A stretch of DNA of 64,000 nt, taken from assembly GCA_041650255.1 (NCBI GenBank), contig JBAZLL010000005.1:153-64152 (forward strand). The letters are read 5' to 3'. Under the pieces are notes generated by a model that saw nothing but the letters and a program-made list of their open reading frames with translations, did not search any database and was not told the origin of the DNA. How positions within the stretch are numbered: the first letter of the stretch is position 1; the number at the start of each line of letters is the position of its first letter. Both the position numbers and the translations under genes were made by a program. The stretch comes from Candidatus Micrarchaeia archaeon (GTDB lineage Archaea > Micrarchaeota > Micrarchaeia > Anstonellales > Anstonellaceae). Of the stretch, positions 56,592 through 64,000 are shown one piece after another.

Positions 56592-56880
56592 CCTCAACAA
56601 ATAGCCGTTGGCGTATCTCTCCCGCCTTGGAAAGTTGATGGCCCAGCGTGCCTTTGTATAATCCACGCGCTGCATCGAGCTTCCGCTCTTTGTGGATGAG
56701 AATACGGAACCCGACACGCTCGCTTTTCACTTCAGACTGATGCTGGATAAAGTCTATGATTTCGAGGTATTTCTTCACTGTTTTCGGATGCAAATGAGAC
56801 GAACGACACAACTTATTGAAGCTGACCGGCTCTTCACCGAGCCGTGTAAACAATTTTTCCGCAATGGTTAATTGGGTCAT
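56584..56880 (-). CDS. Winged-helix DNA-binding protein (98 aa)
   Basis: LTIAEKLFTRLGEEPVSFNKLCRSSHLHPKTVKKYLEIIDFIQ gives a three-helix wHTH pattern, followed by a wing-like VGFRILIHKE. Confidence 0.55.
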   Translation of the reverse strand: MTQLTIAEKLFTRLGEEPVSFNKLCRSSHLHPKTVKKYLEIIDFIQHQSEVKSERVGFRILIHKERKLDAARGLYKGTLGHQLSKAGEIRQRLFVEDD

Positions 56881-57030
56881 GCTTCACCGAACATAATTAA
56901 TGTCCAAAGACCACTATTAAAGCTCCCATTATTGTTCGGGTATTGTGCGGAACGGGACTATGGCATGAAAATGCCTAATTGAGCATGAAAGTATTTATCC
57001 AATCAAAATCATAGTTTCAGGCGTGCTTGT

Positions 57031-57159
57031 ATGGTAGAACTGGACGACGAGGAAATCAACAAACGAATGCCGCAGTGGTATCTTGACGTGCTCAAAGAGG
57101 TCGAACATCAGAAAGTTGCGCAAAAACAGAAAAGACAGGTCGGAAAGCTTTTCTCATAA
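57031..57159 (+). CDS. Possible 42-aa ORF upstream of the HEPN-motif pair
   Basis: MVELDDEEINKRMPQWYLDVLKEVEHQKVAQKQKRQVGKLFS, with an acidic N-terminus and a basic C-terminus. No clear ribosome-binding site. Below the track cutoff. Confidence 0.25.
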   Translation: MVELDDEEINKRMPQWYLDVLKEVEHQKVAQKQKRQVGKLFS

Positions 57160-57207
57160 ACACCGGGCGCGTATCTTATTAATGTCCAATTCCAAATTGG
57201 AAATCAC

Positions 57208-58116
57208 ATGGCTCCGAGGGTAAAAGAGTTTTTGAGGTCAATCTGGGGCGCGGAAGTCCCGTTCTTAGAATGCAGACTCGATATCTCGAAAATTAAGGAC
57301 AATGGAGACATGTTTGACAAACTAAAAACTCACCTTCCATTAAGCGTAATTAACTCATCGGGAACACTTGTTTTAGATCCGAGAAAGAAAAAGGGTCAAG
57401 ACTTGCAGTATTATCCACTAGATAAAAACTCCGATTTTGCCATTTTCTATGCTGGCGAGCTGAATCAAATCGGTGTTGTTTCACTAGAATTAGATATGCA
57501 AAAATTAGAGTTGTTAAAGAAAGTATTAGAAACTGATTTCAATCAATTTGTTACCTGCTCTGACATTTCTGATGTAAAAGATGCTTATGTGAAGCGATTA
57601 TGCTACTTCCTAATCTTCAGGAAGTACATTCAAGACGGGTGCGCATCCTCAAAATTCTGTGATTCGACCCGAGACAGGATTCTAACTGGTTTAAACATCT
57701 TTGAAACGATTGCTGAAAATAAGAACAATGCCTACATTGTCGCATTTTTCATGTGCGCCGCAGTTGAAGAATTGTTATACCTAATCGGGAGAAAAGCGAA
57801 GATTGCTATCAAGCCCGACACCATTGGGAGAGTTTTAGGGCGCCTCAAAGGCGAACAGTATTTGACTGTGCAATATCCTACTCCTCAAAACAAAAATTTG
57901 CTTGTTTATGACAGTTTTGATAGCTCTACAAATATTTTTTCAACGAAAAATCCAAAAGATAAATTTGATTGTTCGTTGGTTGATGAAGTAAATGATATCC
58001 GCACTAGTTTTGTGCATTTCTCTACTTCAGACCCAAATATTCCTGCAGATTGTTTAACCTTGATTATCAACCTAGGAATGCTCCTAAGGTGGTGTGAAGA
58101 TAATGGATACCTATAA
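57208..58116 (+). CDS. Hypothetical 302-aa protein with a C-terminal helical domain carrying an Rx4H (HEPN-like) motif
   Basis: The N-terminal ~115 aa look beta-rich. The C-terminal half is helical, with AAVEELLYLIGRK and NDIRTSFVH (R265-H270, nt 58000-58017). Preceded by the inverted repeat TTCCAA-A-TTGGAA. Confidence 0.6.
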   Translation: MAPRVKEFLRSIWGAEVPFLECRLDISKIKDNGDMFDKLKTHLPLSVINSSGTLVLDPRKKKGQDLQYYPLDKNSDFAIFYAGELNQIGVVSLELDMQKLELLKKVLETDFNQFVTCSDISDVKDAYVKRLCYFLIFRKYIQDGCASSKFCDSTRDRILTGLNIFETIAENKNNAYIVAFFMCAAVEELLYLIGRKAKIAIKPDTIGRVLGRLKGEQYLTVQYPTPQNKNLLVYDSFDSSTNIFSTKNPKDKFDCSLVDEVNDIRTSFVHFSTSDPNIPADCLTLIINLGMLLRWCEDNGYL

Positions 58117-60046
58117 TTCTAACCAAATTCGTAAAAAAGTCGATGACACACTTAATGCGAATTATGAGCGCATGTACCCATTTGAGCTAGAACGTTCTCT
58201 AAATTCACTAGGGGTTCAAGCGAGAGATAACGGGGACGAAAAGACTCTTCAGGAAATCAGGTGGGAGTTTGATTTGCTGAATGCAACATTCGGTCATAGC
58301 GCAGTCTATCAAGGGGAGCAAGTAAGCGAGATTAGCAATAAATGGGCTGCGATATTAAAGAATGGAAAAGACATAAACTCAGGGGGAAAGGTAAGCTCAT
58401 TTGACGTTCGTTCCGAAGCTGGAGGCAGCAACGTATCTTTTCAATTATTTTCTAACCCTCCCTTCTGCACATGGGACAAAAACGCTTTAGACTACTATAA
58501 GAAAAGATACTCTGAGACTACTAGCAGCCTATCGAAAGCCCGTTATGCTTTTGCAGTTGCAGTATTGCTCAAGGAAAGCGGATCCAAACCTAATGAATGG
58601 ATTGAAAAAAGTATCGCGAGTTGGGTCAAAACCGCCGAACAATACATCGCCTCGGGCCAGTATAACCAACAATACTATGAGGTTCCACCTTTTGCTTACG
58701 AATTCGCCATAAAACTTAGTCTAATGTTTAGTATGGGTGAGGCCGCTACCAGTGCGCTGAATTCCCTGCATGCGGCTATCGTCAAGATGATCAATTCTGG
58801 TGAAAAGCGATGGTATCTCGAATACGTTGAAGTAGAATCGACTTATCTAAACTCCGCTGCGTTGAAGAACGAGTCCATGTCCTTGATAACTGGGGTAATC
58901 TCCGATCTCGAATCGAAGTTTGATTCAAGTAGCGATAAATCTCAAAATCTACATTTCTACCGAAGAAATATCCAACTTCTACTTGATTATGGTGTTAAAG
59001 ACGACTTTGAGTGGAATAAAAAAATCGCAGAATCCTATCTAAAAGAAGCAGATTTTCGTGAAGAACAGGTCAAATCTGCATTCTACGAAGATGCAATAAA
59101 ACATTACAAAATGATGCAAAGTAAATACTCTGCCGATTCTGTAAAGAAAGGAGAGATAGACTCAAAGCTCGAAACAATTGCCTTGAAAATTAAGGATGCT
59201 AGTGCAAAATTCAAATACAAACAAATTGCGAGTACATTCACTATCACCAATGATCAAATTAAGCAGTATATTGATTTCTTAAAGAGCAAAGGAGGGAACA
59301 CCTTCCTAAGTCTGGTTGACGATTGGTCTCTATTTCCAAATATCAAACAATCTGAAGAGATGACACAGCTCATAAAATCTGAACACGGGCTTCAATTCGT
59401 ATTGCCCGTAGAAGTATGTTGTAAAGACGGGCCAATAATTAGATATACGACTGATGATCAAATTTTCGAGTATAAAGTTAGGCAAAACATGCTGCTTGGA
59501 ATTAGGATCGGCGAAATCATGTTAAAAATGACATTTGAACAATTAGAAAAAGAAAATGGGATAAAATTGTTAAGCGAGATCAATGACATTCTGAGTTGTA
59601 ATGATATCTCAGATATACGTGAAACGCTTAGGTGCGGGTTTGGTTATCTTTTCGGAGAAAAAAAGGATTATACTGCGGGTTTGCATATCCTAATTCCATA
59701 TCTCGAGGAACTAATCCGAAGAATCATCGTGAAATCTGGAAAAATTGATACTGTTCTATCAGGTAAACCCAAGGTTTTCTTTAGAAAAATAGAGCTTGGT
59801 ACTCTTTTGACTGATGACGCAGTTGGGACTATATTAAACAAAGATTTTCAAAAAACTCTTCACATCTATCTAGTTGCAACTGACCAAGCAAATCTAAGAA
59901 ATATGCTTCTACATGGGATGATGAAGTCTAATGAGATTAAGGATTCCGACGCTCTCTTTGTAAGTTATTGTCTCCTTAAATTAATCCGAATACTAAACGA
60001 GTTGCCCGTTATACCTCAAGTTTCCTCTCCAGTCCCATCTCCATAG
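58103..60046 (+). CDS. Hypothetical ~647-aa helical protein with a C-terminal DUF4209/LA2681-like HEPN motif (LEELIRR ... ANLRNMLLHG)
   Basis: ATG 58103 has AAGGTGG 10 nt upstream. The track start GTG 58094 is also possible. Overlaps the upstream gene by 14-23 nt. The Rx4H motif lies at nt 59897-59914. The 3' end overlaps the convergent integrase gene by 38 nt. Confidence 0.65.
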   Translation: MDTYNSNQIRKKVDDTLNANYERMYPFELERSLNSLGVQARDNGDEKTLQEIRWEFDLLNATFGHSAVYQGEQVSEISNKWAAILKNGKDINSGGKVSSFDVRSEAGGSNVSFQLFSNPPFCTWDKNALDYYKKRYSETTSSLSKARYAFAVAVLLKESGSKPNEWIEKSIASWVKTAEQYIASGQYNQQYYEVPPFAYEFAIKLSLMFSMGEAATSALNSLHAAIVKMINSGEKRWYLEYVEVESTYLNSAALKNESMSLITGVISDLESKFDSSSDKSQNLHFYRRNIQLLLDYGVKDDFEWNKKIAESYLKEADFREEQVKSAFYEDAIKHYKMMQSKYSADSVKKGEIDSKLETIALKIKDASAKFKYKQIASTFTITNDQIKQYIDFLKSKGGNTFLSLVDDWSLFPNIKQSEEMTQLIKSEHGLQFVLPVEVCCKDGPIIRYTTDDQIFEYKVRQNMLLGIRIGEIMLKMTFEQLEKENGIKLLSEINDILSCNDISDIRETLRCGFGYLFGEKKDYTAGLHILIPYLEELIRRIIVKSGKIDTVLSGKPKVFFRKIELGTLLTDDAVGTILNKDFQKTLHIYLVATDQANLRNMLLHGMMKSNEIKDSDALFVSYCLLKLIRILNELPVIPQVSSPVPSP

Positions 60047-61244
60047 CCTTCTCTGCCAGCATCTTCCTGAATTTCGGATCCTCCATTACAGCACTCATGA
60101 AACTGTCGGCCTCGCGCCGCTTCTTCTCAAGCTGGATGGCCGCCTTCATCTCCAAAGCCATCCCGCACTCCACGCAGAACTTGGCCGAAATCGGATTCAT
60201 CTTCTCGCAGCTGGGGCAGGTGCGGGGCTGCAAAGGCTCGCTTGTCATAACGTCCCTTTTCAGAAGCCCCCGCTTCTCCAGCATCTTCTTGTCGATATCT
60301 GCGCCAGAAAGATGAACATACGTGGCGGGCATTTTCGAGCCTCCCGTCCAGCCAAAGATGATTTTCAGCTCCTGCTCTGTAAAGTCGGTAGCCAGGTGGG
60401 TAGCCCGTGAGTGCCTGAACAGGTGGGGGTAAATCCGCTTCTTCAATTTCGCCCGATTTTTTGCCTTAATCAGGATGTTGCGCAGAGTAACGTTGCTGTC
60501 CAGTGCCCCATCGTTCCGGGCTACGGTAAACAGATGCGCCTGCGGGTTGTCTGCCTGTGGGTGGTGGTTGAGCCAAATCCTCAAGTCAGGCACCGAATCA
60601 ATCAGCCGAACCCGCCTCATGCCGGTTTTTCCGTCCAGAATCAAAGAAGCCCCGTAATCGTCAAAAGTCAGGTTGCGAATCTCCAAATCAAGTAATTCTC
60701 CGGCCCGACACCCGCTCTCATACAGGAGCATAATCAAGGCCCGGTCGCGGGGGTTATCGCACACATCCGCCAGTTTCCGAACGTCGTCCTTGGTCAAAAT
60801 GTCCTCGGGCAGTTTCCGGCGCTCAAACCCGTGCGTTTTGATCCACGAAACCTGCTCGGGGTAATTGTTCTCGCCAAAGAGCCACTTGTAAAACGCCTTG
60901 ATACTCACTTTCAAGGAGCGGCTTTTGTAATCGGCGTTCTCGTTCAAGAAGTCGATCATGTCGTCTTTGGTCAAGTCCTTGAAATTCCGTTTCTTGAAAA
61001 ACCTGGCCAGTTTGTTGAGGCAGTAAATATAGATGTAACGAGTCGATGGTGCCATTCCCTGCGCCGATTTCTCGCGCTCGAAAGCGTGCAGGGCCTCAAA
61101 ATTGGGTTTCGTCAAGCTCCTGAGTCCACTTAGAAGCTTGACGGGATTTCGTTGGCTTCTCATACTGTATTTGAGCAACTGAAGCTTATAACCTCTGCTC
61201 CGTCTGTCGTCATTTTTGGCATCAGTCCGTCCGTCTCTCATCAT
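60009..61244 (-). CDS. Tyrosine recombinase/integrase (XerC/D-like) with a C-terminal zinc-ribbon extension
   Basis: 411 aa. A SAM-like N-domain, then catalytic residues in LLYESGCRAGEL (Arg), HLFRHSRATHLA (H-x-x-R) and PATYVHLS (Tyr). C-terminal CPSCEKMNPISAKFCVECG. Confidence 0.9.
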   Translation of the reverse strand: MMRDGRTDAKNDDRRSRGYKLQLLKYSMRSQRNPVKLLSGLRSLTKPNFEALHAFEREKSAQGMAPSTRYIYIYCLNKLARFFKKRNFKDLTKDDMIDFLNENADYKSRSLKVSIKAFYKWLFGENNYPEQVSWIKTHGFERRKLPEDILTKDDVRKLADVCDNPRDRALIMLLYESGCRAGELLDLEIRNLTFDDYGASLILDGKTGMRRVRLIDSVPDLRIWLNHHPQADNPQAHLFTVARNDGALDSNVTLRNILIKAKNRAKLKKRIYPHLFRHSRATHLATDFTEQELKIIFGWTGGSKMPATYVHLSGADIDKKMLEKRGLLKRDVMTSEPLQPRTCPSCEKMNPISAKFCVECGMALEMKAAIQLEKKRREADSFMSAVMEDPKFRKMLAEKAMEMGLERKLEV

Positions 61245-61263
61245 AAATCAGAGATCACACTCT

Positions 61264-61411
61264 TACATCATCTGCCGCAATTATTATCTCATCCATCTCT
61301 CATTAAGGTTTTCTTTTTGGATAAGCCCTAGCCTTTTTCTTTTCTTAAAAGAAAAAGGCTTGGGTACATCATCTGCCGTATTTAGTTCTCATCCATCTCT
61401 CATTAAGGTTT
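61264..61411. repeat. Two ~47-nt direct repeats (61264-61311, 61365-61411) flanking a 17-bp imperfect hairpin (61326-61364), immediately upstream of the integrase start
   Basis: The repeats share TACATCATCTGCCG and TCTCATCCATCTCTCATTAAGGTTT. The hairpin is CCCTAGCCTTTTTCTTTT-CTT-AAAAGAAAAAGGCTTGGG, with one mismatch. Confidence 0.65.
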
Positions 61412-61471
61412 CTCCTCAAACCTTGCTTAAGTTTTTAAACAAAGTCTTGTTTGTGTTAATGGGATATAATA

Positions 61472-63208
61472 ATGGGAAGGCGCGATTCAAGACGAAGAGG
61501 GAGAGTAAAAGCCAACAAAAAAACTCTCTTCGAATCCAATCCCATGCTCAAAATGGGAATGATAAAACAAGGCGAGGCAGAGCTTAGGGATGCCTCCGCC
61601 GAACTTCTTGCTCCTTTGGAAATGAATGAACTTATTCCGCGAATGCAAGAGTCTGATCAATTTGAGCCGGTTTCACAAAAAACGCCATCTTCTAAAAATT
61701 CGTTTTTGGAAAATGTCTGGCATCCAATTTCAGGAGTGGGAAAAATCAAGCACGCACATGCGCGGGGAGCTGGAATGGTTCATTCCACATCAAAAAGCTC
61801 AAGGCAGATAATTGCAAAGCCGCACATTGCCAAAGGCGTGAAGCAATTGCAAATTGTGCAAAATAAAAAAGAAATGGAAGTTATCGCCGCCCCATCATTC
61901 CAATCTCATGAAATGCAAACTCCTTCACAATCGGCGGCAGAGCCGATTTTAGCCTCCCCAACTTCGCCTCAAATGCCGGTCATAAACAAGATGCCTGCGT
62001 ATATTCCTTTCTTTTCACATTCCCCGCAAAAAACATCCGTTTCCATGCATCCGATAATTTCGCAATCGCAAAAAACATCTGTTTCTGTGCGCCCGATAAT
62101 TTCGCAATCGCAAAAAACAATTCAGACAAAACAAAATATTTCCGCCAACATCGAGCCGGAGCCGATTTTGCAACACGATTCTCCAAAAATTTCTGAAATG
62201 AAAAAAATCAGCAAAGGGCAATCATTCTCAATATTCGGGCAGAAAAAGCCGACAACAGTTGAGCGGGCATTTGAAATTCATGAGAAAACGCACGAGCCTT
62301 TGCCGGTGGATTTCTCTGCGCCGGAGCCGGAACGTCATCCTCTGCCAAAAATATCCGTTGCTTCCAAAACAATTTCCCTGCCAAAAACAATTGCCGCCCC
62401 GCAGGCACTGGCAATTTCCAAAGCCGGCAGTGAAAAAATTATTGTTTCAAAACAAGACAAACCAAAAGCTATTGAGCCAATTTCACCTCCTCGCGATTTG
62501 CAAATGCACAAAATAAAAGAGTTTGAAGTCCCGCAGGGATTTTTCTCACCGAAGCCGGCGCAGGCAACTTCTCATTTGCAAACAATTGAGAAACCAAAAG
62601 AAATATTTGCACCAAAGCAAGCGGTTCAAAAAACAAATAAAAAAGTTTTGAAAACAAAACAAGAGCCAAGCGCAGTATTCTCAATTCCAAAATTAAAGCT
62701 AAATATGCCAAAAGAAAAACAAACTTTTGGTGCATCCCGTGCTGTTTTAGCTCCGAAGAAAAAAGTTGTGCAAGTGCCGCAAGTAATCAATATGCAACAT
62801 ATTTCGGGGCACGAGACTTTGATGGGCAAATTCTTTGCCGCAAAGCCAAAAATAATGCCTGCCGGTCTTGAGCAAATACAATTGCGCGAGCAAGAGCGCA
62901 AGCAAACACACGCAAGCGAGCAGGCAAAGGTTATTTTGCCATTGCAGATTTTGCCGCCAAAACAGGCTGATGCAATTTTGGCTAAAACAAAAGCAAACCA
63001 GCCCGAAAAGAAAATTGATTCCGCGCAATTGAAATTTATTTCAAAGAGCAAATATCCCGAAAAAGGCGAATCCAAAAAACAACTGCAAGAAGAGCGGGAA
63101 AAACTTTTGCCCCGAAGGGAAGTGCTCAAATCGGCGCCCAAAAAAGAAATGGGATTATTTGAAAAAGCATCCTCATTATTTGGCTCTCTTGAAGTCAAGC
63201 CCGAATAG
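61472..63208 (+). CDS. Lys/Pro/Gln/Ser-rich low-complexity (probably disordered) protein with internal tandem repeats
   Basis: 578-aa ORF. Basic N-terminus MGRRDSRRRGRVKANKK. Recurrent P-K/Q-K motifs. Contains an in-frame 42-nt repeat. No enzymatic motif. Confidence 0.55.
   Translation: MGRRDSRRRGRVKANKKTLFESNPMLKMGMIKQGEAELRDASAELLAPLEMNELIPRMQESDQFEPVSQKTPSSKNSFLENVWHPISGVGKIKHAHARGAGMVHSTSKSSRQIIAKPHIAKGVKQLQIVQNKKEMEVIAAPSFQSHEMQTPSQSAAEPILASPTSPQMPVINKMPAYIPFFSHSPQKTSVSMHPIISQSQKTSVSVRPIISQSQKTIQTKQNISANIEPEPILQHDSPKISEMKKISKGQSFSIFGQKKPTTVERAFEIHEKTHEPLPVDFSAPEPERHPLPKISVASKTISLPKTIAAPQALAISKAGSEKIIVSKQDKPKAIEPISPPRDLQMHKIKEFEVPQGFFSPKPAQATSHLQTIEKPKEIFAPKQAVQKTNKKVLKTKQEPSAVFSIPKLKLNMPKEKQTFGASRAVLAPKKKVVQVPQVINMQHISGHETLMGKFFAAKPKIMPAGLEQIQLREQERKQTHASEQAKVILPLQILPPKQADAILAKTKANQPEKKIDSAQLKFISKSKYPEKGESKKQLQEEREKLLPRREVLKSAPKKEMGLFEKASSLFGSLEVKPE
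62027..62120 (+). repeat. In-frame 42-nt tandem repeat (2.2 copies) encoding QKTSVS(M/V)(H/R)PIISQS
   Basis: Copies at 62027-62068 and 62069-62110 differ at a few positions. A partial third copy lies at 62111-62120. Confidence 0.75.
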
Positions 63209-63262
63209 CAAACCCTTGTGCAGGATAGTCAAATACTGCTTCACTCCGATTCGGCACAAAAA

Positions 63263-64000
63263 ATGCAAAAGAAAGTTCAAAGTGAAGTGCCCCTCACACT
63301 CAGGGAAACTTCTGCGCCCGTGTTTGAAAGCAAAACATCCAAGCTTCTGCCTTCAATTGCACGCGAATGGGATGCGATGTACAAAAACGAGCTTTCAAGA
63401 CCGGTTCCAAACGAGGAGCAGGTTGAATCATATTACAAATCCTCTTCAACCGGTCAGAAAAAATATCTTCATGCGCTTGAAGTGGAAAAATTATATTGGC
63501 AATATGCCCGCGAACAAAAAGGCACCAAGCAGTACAAAAAGTTTGAGGCGCGTTTTATCTCTGCGCTTGAGAGTTCCACTCCCGATCAGAGAGTGGCAAT
63601 TGAGCAGTGCATAAATCTCACAAAGGCGGTTTCGGCAATCGGAATAATCACAAATCCAAAATCAAAGCCTGAAAATGTAGCCCGTGCAAATGAGATGTAT
63701 CAGGAAATAATCGCAAGGCACCAAAACATTATGCCATTGCTTAATTATCAGGTTGCAAGATTTGCATTGCTAAAAGCATATTCTCCAAATTCAATGGCTC
63801 CGCCAAAAGAATATTATCAGTTTGAGCAAATGCTTGATGATAATTTGCGCGAGTATTGCATCGCCGCAAGGGCATCATTTCTTGATTTGCTGATGAATGA
63901 CGATTCAACAAGCCCGCAGTTGAAGGACGCATCTGCAAAACAGTATTCCAACATTTTAATCGCAAATTCGGATATCAGCGGCAAGCTCGAGCTTTTCATA
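63263..64000 (+). CDS. Hypothetical protein, 3'-partial (runs off the window); absent from the ORF track because there is no stop codon
   Basis: I translated 246 codons from ATG 63263 with no stop (MQKKVQSEVPLTLRETSAPVFESKTSKLLPSIAREWDAMYKNEL...). Composition is protein-like. The track ORFs on other frames or strands here look spurious. Confidence 0.5.
   Translation, partial: MQKKVQSEVPLTLRETSAPVFESKTSKLLPSIAREWDAMYKNELSRPVPNEEQVESYYKSSSTGQKKYLHALEVEKLYWQYAREQKGTKQYKKFEARFISALESSTPDQRVAIEQCINLTKAVSAIGIITNPKSKPENVARANEMYQEIIARHQNIMPLLNYQVARFALLKAYSPNSMAPPKEYYQFEQMLDDNLREYCIAARASFLDLLMNDDSTSPQLKDASAKQYSNILIANSDISGKLELFI

Larger units (their letters stand above)
48010..61411. mobile_element. 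Integrated genomic island / degraded integrative element carrying type I R-M, HEPN-motif genes, small regulators and a tyrosine integrase
   Basis: The left edge is the abutment of two truncated gene fragments at ~48010-48018. The right edge is the integrase (60009..61244) followed by two ~47-nt direct repeats around a 17-bp hairpin (61264..61411). Composition is visibly mosaic: hsdR and the integrase are G+C-richer than the flanks, and 57.2-60.0 kb is AT-richer. I found no convincing flanking att direct repeat. Confidence 0.6.

Noticed and set aside
63159-63614. 151-aa plus-strand ORF and the minus-strand ORFs 63741-63999 at the window end; also 61216-61587 across the integrase-proximal repeats
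   Set aside because: A different frame from ATG 63263 stays open for 246 codons to the window edge with far more protein-like composition. The 61216 ORF runs through non-coding repeats and a hairpin.

Overview
This is a compact, moderately AT-rich chromosomal segment that looks archaeal. The evidence is an Hjc Holliday-junction resolvase, an intron-containing tRNA-Trp, a box C/D sRNA, TATA-like promoters, oligo-T terminators and frequent GGTGA-type ribosome-binding sites. It may come from an uncultivated or DPANN-like lineage, but that is inference only. Positions 1-47.8 kb are host backbone dominated by transport and ion homeostasis. They carry three P-type ATPases (MgtA-like, H+-type, Ca2+-type), a ZnuABC operon with a NikR-like regulator, two MFS transporters, a PadR-linked ABC-2 exporter and a TMEM175 channel. 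The backbone also holds two amine-forming decarboxylases (a bacterial-type tyrosine decarboxylase with an antiporter, and a histidine decarboxylase), central sugar metabolism (PGI, ROK kinase, fused transketolase) and RNA-modification genes. Positions ~48.0-61.4 kb are a compositionally mosaic integrated island. On its left it abuts two truncated gene fragments, and on its right it ends at a tyrosine integrase followed by direct repeats and a hairpin. The island carries a type I restriction-modification system with a split, interrupted layout (hsdR, then three opposite-strand genes, then RHH, a 207-aa unknown, hsdS, a 115-aa unknown and hsdM). It also carries an overlapping two-gene module whose products both end in HEPN-like Rx4H motifs. 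That module is my best candidate for an undescribed RNase-based defence or toxin system. A second notable observation is a stand-alone C/D sRNA. Its D guide is complementary to the tRNA-Trp anticodon loop across the exon-intron junction, which predicts Cm34. The 104-nt tRNA intron itself has no visible C/D boxes. All functional calls rest on motif recognition by eye. No database search was run.
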